64,000 bases of DNA. Source: Candidatus Spongiisociaceae bacterium. Lineage in GTDB: Bacteria; Actinomycetota; Acidimicrobiia; Spongiisociales; Spongiisociaceae. Position numbers and translations under genes: made by a program. The stretch covers positions 1,792,001 through 1,856,000 of the forward strand of contig OZ253564.1 of NCBI GenBank assembly GCA_965262915.1, read 5' to 3'. Shown one piece after another: positions 53,481 through 63,245 of the stretch (positions within the stretch are counted from its first letter, which is position 1; every line of letters starts with the position of its first letter). The notes under the pieces were generated by a model. The model was not told the origin of the DNA and did no database searches. It saw only the letters and a program-made list of their open reading frames with translations.

Positions 53481-53552
53481 GGGCGCTTAGCTCAGCGGGA
53501 GAGCGCTGCCTTCACACGGCAGAGGTCACTGGTTCGATCCCAGTAGCGCCCA
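53481..53552 (+). tRNA. tRNA-Val(CAC)
   Basis: gggcgct/agcgccc acceptor stem; ctgcc-ttCACac-ggcag. Confidence 0.96.
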
Positions 53553-53567
53553 CACCAGGCGCGCCAC

Positions 53568-53915
53568 ATGCGACTATCCGGTTCACCCTCCTCTCTGACC
53601 CCGATACTCCTGTTCCTTCTTGCAGGGGCAGCCTGTGGCGGGTCCGAGGAGGAGATCCCGGCTTCGACTGTCGCGTTAACCGGTACCCCCGTTACCGTTG
53701 CCGCGGCTTCTTCCTCCTCCACCGCCACGCACGTCGACGCCGGTACCACGGTGACTGCGACCGGAACGGATGCACCTTCGCTGATCCTGGCTGTAGACAT
53801 CCTTGACGGGCTGGTAGTGGTCGCCGAACTGGTTCGACACGTACTTCCCCCACTACGGGGATGTGGCGAGGTTGGACAGTGACGGCGATGGGGAGGCATG
53901 CGAAAGCCTGTCCTG
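53568..53915 (+). pseudogene. Internally deleted, frameshifted lipoprotein with an excalibur Ca-binding tail
   Basis: Lipobox-like LAGAACGG and Thr/Ser-rich linker, then out-of-frame WFDTYFPHYGDVARLDSDGDG / ACESLS*. Confidence 0.65.
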
Positions 53916-54050
53916 AGGGGTTGGCGGATGAACTATGCGATCCGCCGGTCGTCGGCCTCGGTCCCCGGTTTTCGATCATCGACCGCCGTTCGGGGTGCAA
54001 AATCCGCCGAAATGTGCTGAAATCTCACCAGACTCCCGGGGAGCTGCCGC

Positions 54051-56321
54051 GTGGTACTGGAATCACCGACCTTCGTCAGGGCCGACGGGCCTGACAAGGT
54101 GACTGGAAGCGGTCGCTATGCGGCCGACCTCACCCTGACCGGAATGCTCGTCGCCAAGTTCCTCTATGCGGAGTTCCCGCACGCCCGGATCGTGGATCTG
54201 GATACGTCGGCCGCGCGCGCGATCCCGGGCGTCTTCGCCGTTCTTACCCACGAGGACGTACCCGATGTGCTCTACGGCTCTATTCAGGACCGGCGGCTGT
54301 TCGCCAAGGATGTAGTGCGATTCGAGGGTGAGGTGGTCGCGGCGGCGGCTGCCATCGACGAGAGCACCGCCGACCGGGCCCTCGATGCCATAGCGGTACG
54401 CTACGACCCTCTTCCGGCGGTGGCCGATATCGAAGCGGCCCTCGAGCCCGGCGCGCCTCTGATCCACGAGGAATGGAAGTCCTACGAGGCGCCGAGCGTC
54501 GAGCGGGACGGCAACGTGGCCTCCTTCACATCCCTGCGCCGCGGTGACGTGGACGAAGGGTTGGCCGCCGCGGATGTGGTCGTGACCAGCCGCTACGTAG
54601 CCGACGCCTCGCACGCGGTGCCGATCGAGCCACGCGCCATCCTGGCCCAATGGGAAGGTGACAAGGTCACCATCTGGTCGTCCACGCAGGTGCCTTTCGC
54701 AGCCCGTGACGGAGTGTGTGAGACGCTGCGGCTTCCCACCAACCGGGTGCGAGTGATCGTGCCCCACCTCGGCGGTGGTTTCGGAGGCAAGTGCGGGTTC
54801 CATTACGAAGCGCACGTAGCTGCCCTGGCCAGGGCAGCGCGACGCCCGGTCCGGCTGGTCTTCTCCCGGCGAGAGGAGTTCATCGCCCCCGACCGCCGCC
54901 GCGAGGGCATGATCGTAGAACTCACCAGCGGCGCCCGGATGGACGGTTCCCTGACGGCTCGGAAGGTAAAGGTGCTGATCGACAACGGTGCCTACGCAGC
55001 CGACTCCGCCGGCTTCCCCCAACTGGCGGCCATGCACGCGCTCGGTCCGTACAAGATCGAGAACATCGGGGTGGAGGCTTACGCCGTCTACACCAACTGC
55101 CAGCCGTCCGGATCGGTGCGAGCGCCCACTGCTCCCCAAGGGTGCTGGGCGGTGGAGTCGCACAGCGACGAGGTGGCGGCCGCGCTCGGGATGGATCCGG
55201 TCCATTTCCGCAAGCTGAACACCCTGGATACAGGGGACACCGGGGTGACGGGCCAGCGATACGACGAGATCGGGCTCCAGGAGTGCATTGATGCGGCGGT
55301 GGCGGGCATCGGGGATCGCCACGACCTCCCGCCGGACGAAGCGGTCGGTGTGGCCGTGGGGTGGTGGCCCAGCTTCGCCATGCCGTCCGGCGCATACCTG
55401 AAGATCGACCACGATGGCAAGGGAGTGATAATCACCGGTGCCCAGGAGTGCGGCACCGGTGCGGTCATGACCCTTCCCTACCTGGTGGCTGCAGAGTTGG
55501 GGATGCAGCCCGAGGACTTCCAACTGGTCTACCAGGACACCGGCGCCGCCCCTTACGACATGGGGGCCAGCGGCTCCCAGACGCTCTTCAACAACGGGCG
55601 CGCCACGCTGGCCGCCGCCCGGGAGGTCGCCTCCCAGCTCAAGGACTTGGCGGCCGGCGAACTGGAAGCGTCGCCTGAGGACATCGTGCTGACGGACGGG
55701 AAGGCCCGTATCGCGGGGGACCCGGAGTCGGCTGTCACCATAGAGAGGCTGGCCGCGATCGCCTCCGGAGGCGCCATGCTGCTCGGGCGGGGTTCGGGCG
55801 AACCTCCGGAGTGGCCGTCGATGTCGGGGGTTTCCTGCGTGGGTGACCACGGTCTCGGCGCGTGGGTGGCACCCCAGTTCTCGTGTCACGCAGTCCGGAT
55901 TCGCCTTGACCGGGAGACCGGGGTGGTGCGCGTTCTGGATGTCTCCACCGGTCATGACTCCGGCACGATCATCAACCACCGTGGTGCTCGGGGCCAGGTC
56001 GAGGGCGGTGTGTTGATGGGCATCGGCCAGGCCCTGACGGAAGGGGTGACCTTTGACGACGAGGGCCGGCAACTCAATCCGGCGCTGCTCGACTACAAGC
56101 TGCAGACCATCGCCGACGCCCCCGGCATCAGGACGCATTTCGCCCAGGTGCCTGCGGCGGCAGGCGGTCCCTACGGTTCCAAGGGCATTGCCGAGGCCCC
56201 CAACGTGCCCACCGCGGCTGCTATCTCCAACGCCCTCGCCAGGCTGGTCGGCAGCCCGGTTCGGCAGATGCCGATGACCGCTGAGCGGGTCTGGGAGGCG
56301 ATGGAGGAGGCCGGGCCATGA
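54051..56321 (+). CDS. Xanthine dehydrogenase-family molybdopterin-binding subunit
   Basis: DKVTG..RYAAD, LGGGFGGK, GQVEGG..MGIGQAL, SKGIAE. Confidence 0.93.
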   Translation: MVLESPTFVRADGPDKVTGSGRYAADLTLTGMLVAKFLYAEFPHARIVDLDTSAARAIPGVFAVLTHEDVPDVLYGSIQDRRLFAKDVVRFEGEVVAAAAAIDESTADRALDAIAVRYDPLPAVADIEAALEPGAPLIHEEWKSYEAPSVERDGNVASFTSLRRGDVDEGLAAADVVVTSRYVADASHAVPIEPRAILAQWEGDKVTIWSSTQVPFAARDGVCETLRLPTNRVRVIVPHLGGGFGGKCGFHYEAHVAALARAARRPVRLVFSRREEFIAPDRRREGMIVELTSGARMDGSLTARKVKVLIDNGAYAADSAGFPQLAAMHALGPYKIENIGVEAYAVYTNCQPSGSVRAPTAPQGCWAVESHSDEVAAALGMDPVHFRKLNTLDTGDTGVTGQRYDEIGLQECIDAAVAGIGDRHDLPPDEAVGVAVGWWPSFAMPSGAYLKIDHDGKGVIITGAQECGTGAVMTLPYLVAAELGMQPEDFQLVYQDTGAAPYDMGASGSQTLFNNGRATLAAAREVASQLKDLAAGELEASPEDIVLTDGKARIAGDPESAVTIERLAAIASGGAMLLGRGSGEPPEWPSMSGVSCVGDHGLGAWVAPQFSCHAVRIRLDRETGVVRVLDVSTGHDSGTIINHRGARGQVEGGVLMGIGQALTEGVTFDDEGRQLNPALLDYKLQTIADAPGIRTHFAQVPAAAGGPYGSKGIAEAPNVPTAAAISNALARLVGSPVRQMPMTAERVWEAMEEAGP

Positions 56322-57217
56322 GGTTCACGATTGCCCGGACTCTCGAAGAGGCGATCGAGGCGTTGGCTGCAGGGGCCCGCCCGATTGCCGGAGGGACCGA
56401 TCTGGTAGTCGGCGCCCGGCAAGGGAAAGCCCCGCTTCCGTCCTCTTTGGTGGCGATCGACCGGCTGGACGGGTTGGCCACCATCGACCGAGGACCCACC
56501 GGTACGCGGCTGGGCGCCATGGTGACCCACGCCACGTTGATGAGCGACCCGAGGGTGGTCGAGCCTTACACGGCTCTGGCGGACGCGGCGGCCCTGGTCG
56601 GCTCACCGGCTACCCGTAACGTTGGAACTCTGGGAGGCAACGTGATGAACGCCTCGCCCGCCATGGATACCGGCGCTCCTCTCGTCGTGTTCGGAGCGAC
56701 CGCCGAGTTGCGGTCGCTGGCCGGTCGCCGGGTGCTGCCGGTCGGCGACTTGTGGACCGGTCCGGGCAACACCAGCGCCACTCCGGAGGAGATGCTGGTC
56801 GCGCTGCACCTCGAGTCCCGGCCGGAGCGCTCGGGGAGTGCCTACGTCAGGTTGGAGTATCGCCGGGCTATGGAGATCGCGGTGGTTGGCGCGGCTGCGT
56901 CGATCAGTTTGGACGAGGACGGAGCGATTACCACCGGCCGGGTGGCCCTCGCTGCCGTTGCCCCTACAATCATCGAGGTGTCAGGAGTGGCTGATCTCAT
57001 CTCCGGTAAGTCGCCCGCCGAGGCTGGACCCTCAGTGGCGGAAGCGGCTGTTCACCAGGCCCTTCCGATCAGCGATTTGAGGGGGAGCGATCGGTACAGG
57101 CGTCACACGGTCGGAGTCATGGCCGGACGGGCGGTCTCCGCCGCGGCCCGGCGGGCTGCCGGGGAGTCGATCGCCGTACCGGTCAACCGGGCCATCGGGG
57201 TGGGATCTGCGCGATGA
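56318..57217 (+). CDS. Xanthine dehydrogenase-family FAD-binding subunit
   Basis: IAGGTDL, RNVGTLGGN..NASPAMD, PISDLRGS..YR. Confidence 0.93.
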   Translation: MRFTIARTLEEAIEALAAGARPIAGGTDLVVGARQGKAPLPSSLVAIDRLDGLATIDRGPTGTRLGAMVTHATLMSDPRVVEPYTALADAAALVGSPATRNVGTLGGNVMNASPAMDTGAPLVVFGATAELRSLAGRRVLPVGDLWTGPGNTSATPEEMLVALHLESRPERSGSAYVRLEYRRAMEIAVVGAAASISLDEDGAITTGRVALAAVAPTIIEVSGVADLISGKSPAEAGPSVAEAAVHQALPISDLRGSDRYRRHTVGVMAGRAVSAAARRAAGESIAVPVNRAIGVGSAR

Positions 57218-57678
57218 CCGTGTCGCTGGTCCTCACGGTGAACGGTGTCGGCTACCCGGTGACGGTGGATCCATCCCGCAACCTCTTGGGTGTGCTGCGT
57301 GACGAACTGGGCCTTACCGGTACCAAGGAGGGCTGTGACGACTGCGAGTGCGGCGCCTGCATGGTGCTGGCGGACGGCGGGCCGGTGAACTCCTGTTCCT
57401 ACCTCGCCGTCCAAGCTCAAGGACGGTCCATCACCACCATCGAAGGGATCATGGCAGGGGACCGGCTGCACCCCCTCCAGCAGAACATGATCACCGAGGG
57501 CGGTGTCCAGTGCGGGTTCTGCACGCCCGGGATGATCGTGTCGGCCCATGCCCTGCTGGCTTCCAACCCGTCACCTACCGAAGAAGAGATACGCATCGGC
57601 TTGTCGGGCAATCTGTGCCGGTGCACAGGGTACGCGGGAATCCTCGCCGCGGTGGCCCGGACGGCTTCCGAGGCCTGA
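57214..57678 (+). CDS. Xanthine dehydrogenase-family 2Fe-2S subunit
   Basis: GCDDCECGAC, QCGFCTPG, GNLCRCTGY. Confidence 0.95.
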   Translation: MTVSLVLTVNGVGYPVTVDPSRNLLGVLRDELGLTGTKEGCDDCECGACMVLADGGPVNSCSYLAVQAQGRSITTIEGIMAGDRLHPLQQNMITEGGVQCGFCTPGMIVSAHALLASNPSPTEEEIRIGLSGNLCRCTGYAGILAAVARTASEA

Positions 57679-57850
57679 AACCCGGATCGGTCCACCGGCT
57701 CGAAAGGCTGGAGGAGGAGAACGAAATCCCCTACTTGGGGGCGATAGTGCCGTAGGCTGGTGCCGTATCGGTGTCGATGGGTGAGATGACGGTGTCCTGC
57801 GTCTTTGGTAAGAGGGTCCGGGGTTGTCGTTCCTGCCTGAAGGAGCTGCC

Positions 57851-58576
57851 ATGAGGAAGCTGGTTTTGCTGGTGGCGGGGCTGGTGCTGACTGCGGTTGC
57901 GTGTGGCGGCGATGACCAGTCCGAAGAGACGACTACCACCAGCCGCCGCACCACTGCTACCACCAGAGCCGCGCCGGTGGTGGAGAGTGAACCTACCACC
58001 ACCGCGATCCCCTTCGAGGATGAGGTTGTCGAGATCTCCCCCACCACTCTGCCCGAGGATGAGGAGTCCGTCACCACCACCGGCGGTGCGATGCAGGAAG
58101 AGACCGTGTTGACGATCGATGCCGTGGTCACGCTGCGAGCTCTGGGCCCGGTACGGATCGGTATGACGGTGGACGAGGCGTCGGCCGCGGCCGGTGCGCC
58201 GCTCCGTAAGGACTTCGGTCGGCAATCGACCGGCAGTTGTCACTACGTGACCGCCGGGGAGGCGTTGCGAGGCGTGGCCTTCATGGTGGTGGACGGTCTA
58301 ATCGCCCGTATCGAGGTGGACCGTCCCAGCCCGGTGGGCACAAGGTCGGGTGTCAGGATCGGGACCTCCGCCTCCGACCTGCGGAGCGTCTATCCCGACA
58401 ATATCCAGAGAGCCAACGACGCGGTGGCCGGCGGTGAGGCGTTGGCGTTCGTGCCTAACGACGAATTCGATGCCAACTACCGGATCTATTTCGAGATCGT
58501 GGACGGAGCGGTGGCCCGTTACCGCCTCGGAATCAAGCCGGCGGTCGACTTCCTGAACGGATGCGCGGAGGAATAG
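57851..58576 (+). CDS. Lipoprotein of unknown function
   Basis: MRK-hydrophobic-LTAVAC lipobox, Thr/Glu-rich linker, LGPVRIGM and TRSGVRIG motifs. Confidence 0.8.
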   Translation: MRKLVLLVAGLVLTAVACGGDDQSEETTTTSRRTTATTRAAPVVESEPTTTAIPFEDEVVEISPTTLPEDEESVTTTGGAMQEETVLTIDAVVTLRALGPVRIGMTVDEASAAAGAPLRKDFGRQSTGSCHYVTAGEALRGVAFMVVDGLIARIEVDRPSPVGTRSGVRIGTSASDLRSVYPDNIQRANDAVAGGEALAFVPNDEFDANYRIYFEIVDGAVARYRLGIKPAVDFLNGCAEE

Positions 58577-58607
58577 TCAGGTGTCAGACACCCCAGGCGC
58601 GTAAATG

Positions 58608-59829
58608 TCAAGCTGCGGCTCGGTCGATGGTGGTTCGGTGTGCCCAGGCGGTGTGTTCGTTGTGGGGGGTTTGGTGTTTGAGGCAGCCGTGGAGGATGCC
58701 GACGAGTCGGTTGGCTAGGGCTCGGAGTGCTTGGTGGTGGAGGTCGCCGGCTGCTCGTTTCTGGTCGTAGAAGGCTCGGGCTCCTGGGCTTGGGGTTAGG
58801 GAACAGAACGCCCATTGGTCCAAGGCGTCGTAGAGACGCCGCTTTTCGGACGTGGCGGGCCAGGACAGCACGTTTGCGGCCCGACGCCACGGTGATGGGC
58901 GACGTTCCGGCGTAGTTCCTGCGAGACTTGGCGCTGGTGTAACGGTGGGGGTCGTCCCCGAACTCACCGAGCGCCCGGGCGCCGAGCACAGTACCGAGTC
59001 CTGGCTGGGAGTGGTAGATGACGGCGTCCGGGTGCTGCTCAAAACGGGTCTGGAGGGTTGCTTCGAGTTGGCTGATCTGGCGGTTGGCCTCCCCAATGAT
59101 GCTCACCAGTGCCCCGACAGTCGCTCCGAAGGCGTCCTCAACCGGCCCCGGTGCGGCGAGGTGAGCAGCTCGGAGGCCCGCTTGGATACGGCGGGCGACC
59201 GGATCGAGGTTGCGTCGCCGTCCGCCCCTTTTGAGCGCAGCTCGGATCTGGGGCAACGTCAGGCGAGCGCCCATGCTGGGGGTGGGTGCCCGACCCAGTA
59301 CGGCCACAGCGTCGGAATGGGCCAGGTCAGCGAACGTTTCCAGCGCTGCGGGATAGTACTCGCGCAGAGCGTTGCGGACCTGGTTGGTGTGACGAGTCCG
59401 AGCCCAGATCAGGTTCTGATGGGTTCTGGCCACGATCTTGATACCTTCCGATTCGGGGCTGTCACCGGCCACGGGACGGTGGTTGTGACGGTCGGTGCGT
59501 ACCAGATCAGCTAACACCTTGGCATCACCGCGGTCTGATTTAGCTCCGCCCAGGCTGTGACGGTCCCGGTAGCGGGACACCGCCCTAGGGTTGATCGCAT
59601 ACACCACATAGCCCGCCGCGACCAGCGCACCGACCCACAGCCCACGATCGGTCTCGATGCCTACCACTACCTCAGCCGCATCCGATGCGTGCTCGGCGAC
59701 CATCTGGTGGAACCTGGCTATACCTTGGATCCCTTCCGGTATACGGGCGAACCCCAGCCGGGTCCCACCCTCGTCCAGCAGATACACATCGTGGTGGCCC
59801 TCAGCCCAGTCGTTACCCACAAAAATCAT
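58608..59829 (-). pseudogene. IS110 transposase/recombinase with one +1 frameshift near the C-terminus
   Basis: VGND, GIETD, KSDRGDA (DEDD); YAGTSP..ASG; frame switches at the T4 run 58843-58846 into KRRLYDALDQWAFCS...ALRALANRLV. Confidence 0.88.
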
Positions 59830-59874
59830 CTTCGCCTCCCTCGTGCGGATCGATTCTTGCCGAGCTGTGGAGAA

Positions 59875-60062
59875 CGCCTGGCGGCGACCTAATGGATCAG
59901 TGCTCTGTGGCACGCCACCCCATGAGCGCTACAAGCGGCCCTCGCGAACCGGCCGGGGTACGATCTGACACTAGGAATCAGCGTTCCGGGTGCCACCAGT
60001 ACTCACCGGCCGGCCAGCTCAACCACCACACCCTCCCAGACAAACCGGCAGAAGTGGTGGAC
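59875..60062 (-). ncRNA. IS110 bridge RNA (predicted; ends approximate)
   Basis: 5' hairpin, then two internal loops whose strands match the target flanks and the donor junction. Confidence 0.85.
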
Positions 60063-60091
60063 CCCCATTAGGTGTCCCACTGTATTAGCAC

Positions 60092-61726
60092 CTAGCTATG
60101 TCTGTACCAGTCGACGTGTTCCGGGGGGAGTTGGGGGTTGCCGAGGATCATGTCGGCGGCCCGCTCGGCGATCATCATCACCGGGGCGTAGATGTTGCCG
60201 TTGGTGATGTTCGGCATGACCGAGGCATCGACCACCCGCAGGCCGTCGATACCGTGGACCCGTAGCGAGTCGGGATCCACCACCGCCATCCTGCCGGCTC
60301 CCATCCTGGCCGTGCCGCACGGATGGAGGGCGGTCTCGGCGTCCTTGGCGACCCAGGCGAGGATCTCCTCGCCGGTTGTCACGCCCGGCCCGGGTGACAA
60401 CTCCCCTCCGTTGAACTCCTCGAGTGCCGGCTGGTTGAGAATGCGGCGGGTGAGGCGCACGGCTTCCACCCATTCCTTGCGGTCCGTCGCGGTCGACAGA
60501 TAGTTGAAGCGCAGCCCGGGTTTGTCGAACGGATCAGCCGACTTGAGGAAGATCTCGCCGCGGGCGTCCGAGTACATGGGTCCTGCATGTACCTGGTAGC
60601 CGTGCCCACCGGAGGGTACGGACCCGTCGTAGCGGATGGCGATCGGGAGGAAGTGGAGCATCAGGTTCGGGTAGGTCACCTCGTCGTTGCTCCGGATGAA
60701 CCCCCCTCCTTCGAAGTGGTTGCTGGTTCCGGGACCACGGCGGAACAGCCACTGGAGCCCGATCCAGGGTTTCCGCCACGGGGCCAGATGAGGCTGGAGC
60801 GAGACCGGTTGCTTGGAGGCGTACTGGATGTAGACCTCCAGGTGATCCTGGAGGTTCTGCCCCACGCCGGGCAGGTCGGCGACCACATCGATACCCAGCC
60901 CCTCGAGGCGCCCGGCGGGACCGAGGCCGGACAGCATCAGGAGTTGGGGCGTGTTGATAGCGCCTCCGCAGGCGATGATCTCGTTGCCGGTCACCCTGCG
61001 CAGGCTCCGGGCCTTGCGGTATTCCACCCCGATGGCCCGCATGCCGTCGAAGAGGATCCTGGTGGCGTGGGCCCTCGTCGTCACGGTGAGGTTCGGTCTT
61101 GCGATCACCGGATGAAGGTAGGCACGGGCTGCGCTGAGGCGGCGTCCCCGGTAACGGTTGGCGTCGAAGGCGGCGAAACCCTCCTGCCGGTAGCCGTTGA
61201 CATCGGTCGTGCGTGGGATTCCGGCCTGCTCGCCGGCCGCGAAGAACGCCTGGAAGAGGGGGTTGGTGGCCGGGCCCCTCTCCAGGATCAACGGTCCCGA
61301 TCCTCCCCGGTAGCGGTCGGTTCCCGCCAGGGTGGTCTCGAGCCGTTTGAAGTAGGGGAGGCAGTGGGCGTAGTCCCAATGGGACATCCCCGTCTGCGAC
61401 GCCCATTTCCGGTAGTCCAGGGGATTACCCCGCTGGAAGATCATCCCGTTTATCGAGCTCGATCCTCCGAGTACCTTCCCCCGGGCGTGATATACACGCC
61501 GTCCACCCATGTGCGGCTCGGGCTCCGATTCGTACTTCCAGTCGTAGAACCTCGACCCGATGGGGTAGGTGAGGGCTGCCGGCATGTGGATGAAGACGTC
61601 CCAGCGGTAATCGGGCCGGCCCGCTTCCAGAACCAGGACCCGGTTGGAAGGATCGGCGCTCAGCCGGGCGGCGAGGGCGCATCCCGCCGAGCCCCCGCCG
61701 ACGATGATGAAGTCGTAGGCGCTCAT
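60092..61726 (-). CDS. betA: Choline dehydrogenase (GMC oxidoreductase)
   Basis: [59 protein letters not shown]. Confidence 0.92.
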   Translation of the reverse strand: MSAYDFIIVGGGSAGCALAARLSADPSNRVLVLEAGRPDYRWDVFIHMPAALTYPIGSRFYDWKYESEPEPHMGGRRVYHARGKVLGGSSSINGMIFQRGNPLDYRKWASQTGMSHWDYAHCLPYFKRLETTLAGTDRYRGGSGPLILERGPATNPLFQAFFAAGEQAGIPRTTDVNGYRQEGFAAFDANRYRGRRLSAARAYLHPVIARPNLTVTTRAHATRILFDGMRAIGVEYRKARSLRRVTGNEIIACGGAINTPQLLMLSGLGPAGRLEGLGIDVVADLPGVGQNLQDHLEVYIQYASKQPVSLQPHLAPWRKPWIGLQWLFRRGPGTSNHFEGGGFIRSNDEVTYPNLMLHFLPIAIRYDGSVPSGGHGYQVHAGPMYSDARGEIFLKSADPFDKPGLRFNYLSTATDRKEWVEAVRLTRRILNQPALEEFNGGELSPGPGVTTGEEILAWVAKDAETALHPCGTARMGAGRMAVVDPDSLRVHGIDGLRVVDASVMPNITNGNIYAPVMMIAERAADMILGNPQLPPEHVDWYRHS

Positions 61727-63042
61727 GGGTAGCGGTCCGGGGGGGTGTGGTTCCGGCGCCTTCTCTCACCCGGCCGCCGGACCCGCCGGGCCGCATGGAG
61801 GATGACCGTACCGGCCCGGGCAGGCACCATCGTGAAAGCCCGCCGGTCCCTGACCGGAACTCCCTCATGGGTGAGGACCCGGAGGAGGGCGAAGGCGGTG
61901 ATTCCCAGATAGGTCACTCCGATGAACCAGAAGAGTCCTTCGGGACCCGTTCTGTCCATCATGAATGCGGCGGCGATCGGACCCGTTATGGCGCCCACAC
62001 CGGTGACGAAGGACACCACGCTGCTCACCCCCACCGCGGAACCGGGGGGAACGCGGTCGTTGATGTGGCTGAGCGCCAGCGGGTACATCGGGAGGGCCAG
62101 ACCCCCTACCAGGAAGGAGATGATCAGTGCCCACCAGCTTAGGGGGTCCGTGTTGACCATCGCCAGGCACGCGCCCGCGCCCAGGAAGGCCGTCACCATG
62201 ATCAGCCGTCGGCGCCCCACCCGGTCCGAGATCACGCCGATGGGTCCCTGCAACAACACGCTCCCGACGATGGAAGCGGTCATGAACACGGCGATGCGGT
62301 CAACGCTCATCCCGACCCGGCTACCGTACACCGCTGCCAGGCTCAGCAGGGCCGCCACCCCCACCCCCTGGCCGAAGGCCGCCACCAGCCCCAGCGGGGC
62401 GGCTTCCCAGACCCGCCTGACCGGTAACCTGTCGGAGAGGGCCAGGCGGGGTCCCGGGGAAGTGGACAGGGTTATCGGTATCACCGCCACCGACACCAGG
62501 ATCGACGAGACGATGAACAGGACTATCCCGGACGGATCGGCCAGGGTGATGAGCATCTGGCCGAGGGCCAGCCCGCCCATCGACACCAGCATGTAGACGG
62601 CCAGCAGGCGGCCCCGGGTCCGGTTGGTGGTGGCGTCGTTGAGCCAGCTTTCCGCCACGATGTACAGGCCGGACATCGAGAACCCGGTGACGAGCCGGGC
62701 GGCGCTCCACACGACCGGGGATGGTGTGAGGATGTAGATGAGGGTGGCTGTGGAGGCGAGCGAGGCGAGTGCCGCATACACCCGGATGTGGCCGACCTGG
62801 ACCACCAAGCCGGGGGTCACCGAGGCGCCGGCCAGGAACCCGACGTAATAGAAACCCAGCACCACTCCGATGGTGGTCGTGGAGAAACCCTCGAGCTCGG
62901 CCCGGATACCGAGCAGGGGGCTCAATACCCCGTTTCCCAGCATCACGAGGAGCACGGCGATGAACAGTCCCCACGCGCCGAGCACGGTGTGCGTGGTGGT
63001 ACCGGGGGCGGCGGCGCCCGCCGGCTTGAAAGGCGATCTCAT
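61723..63042 (-). CDS. MFS transporter (YcaD-like)
   Basis: About 12 hydrophobic segments, ESWLN...RGR, SDRVGRR. Confidence 0.9.
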   Translation of the reverse strand: MRSPFKPAGAAAPGTTTHTVLGAWGLFIAVLLVMLGNGVLSPLLGIRAELEGFSTTTIGVVLGFYYVGFLAGASVTPGLVVQVGHIRVYAALASLASTATLIYILTPSPVVWSAARLVTGFSMSGLYIVAESWLNDATTNRTRGRLLAVYMLVSMGGLALGQMLITLADPSGIVLFIVSSILVSVAVIPITLSTSPGPRLALSDRLPVRRVWEAAPLGLVAAFGQGVGVAALLSLAAVYGSRVGMSVDRIAVFMTASIVGSVLLQGPIGVISDRVGRRRLIMVTAFLGAGACLAMVNTDPLSWWALIISFLVGGLALPMYPLALSHINDRVPPGSAVGVSSVVSFVTGVGAITGPIAAAFMMDRTGPEGLFWFIGVTYLGITAFALLRVLTHEGVPVRDRRAFTMVPARAGTVILHAARRVRRPGERRRRNHTPPDRYP

Positions 63043-63245
63043 GGGAACTCCACCTGCACGGCCCCAGGCCGCAAGGTATCGAGAGCCGCTCGGGTTCGTT
63101 CCGAACGGTGGGCGAGTCGGATTCGGGGGTCATGGGACTAGCCCTGTGACCGACGCCCGTATGGTACCAGGACAGGCCCGCTACAAAGACAGGCCCGATG
63201 GCGGACAGACCCCTCCGGCTCTGCCAACCGGTGGCGCGCACGGGG

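Larger units (their letters stand above)
58586..60071 (-). mobile_element. IS110-family insertion sequence bounded by CT core dinucleotides
   Basis: DEDD transposase; minus-strand ends gggacac|CT|aatgg (60071-70) and ggggtgt|CT|gacac (58587-86); no TIRs or long TSD. Confidence 0.9.

Noticed and set aside
52036-53481. tRNA-anchored genomic island
   Set aside because: Both Val tRNAs are complete with different anticodons; no integrase or att-like partial duplication
54051-56321. Aerobic CO dehydrogenase (coxL)
   Set aside because: No AYRCSFR/AYRGAGR loop, gene order is not MSL or SLM, and no cox accessory genes
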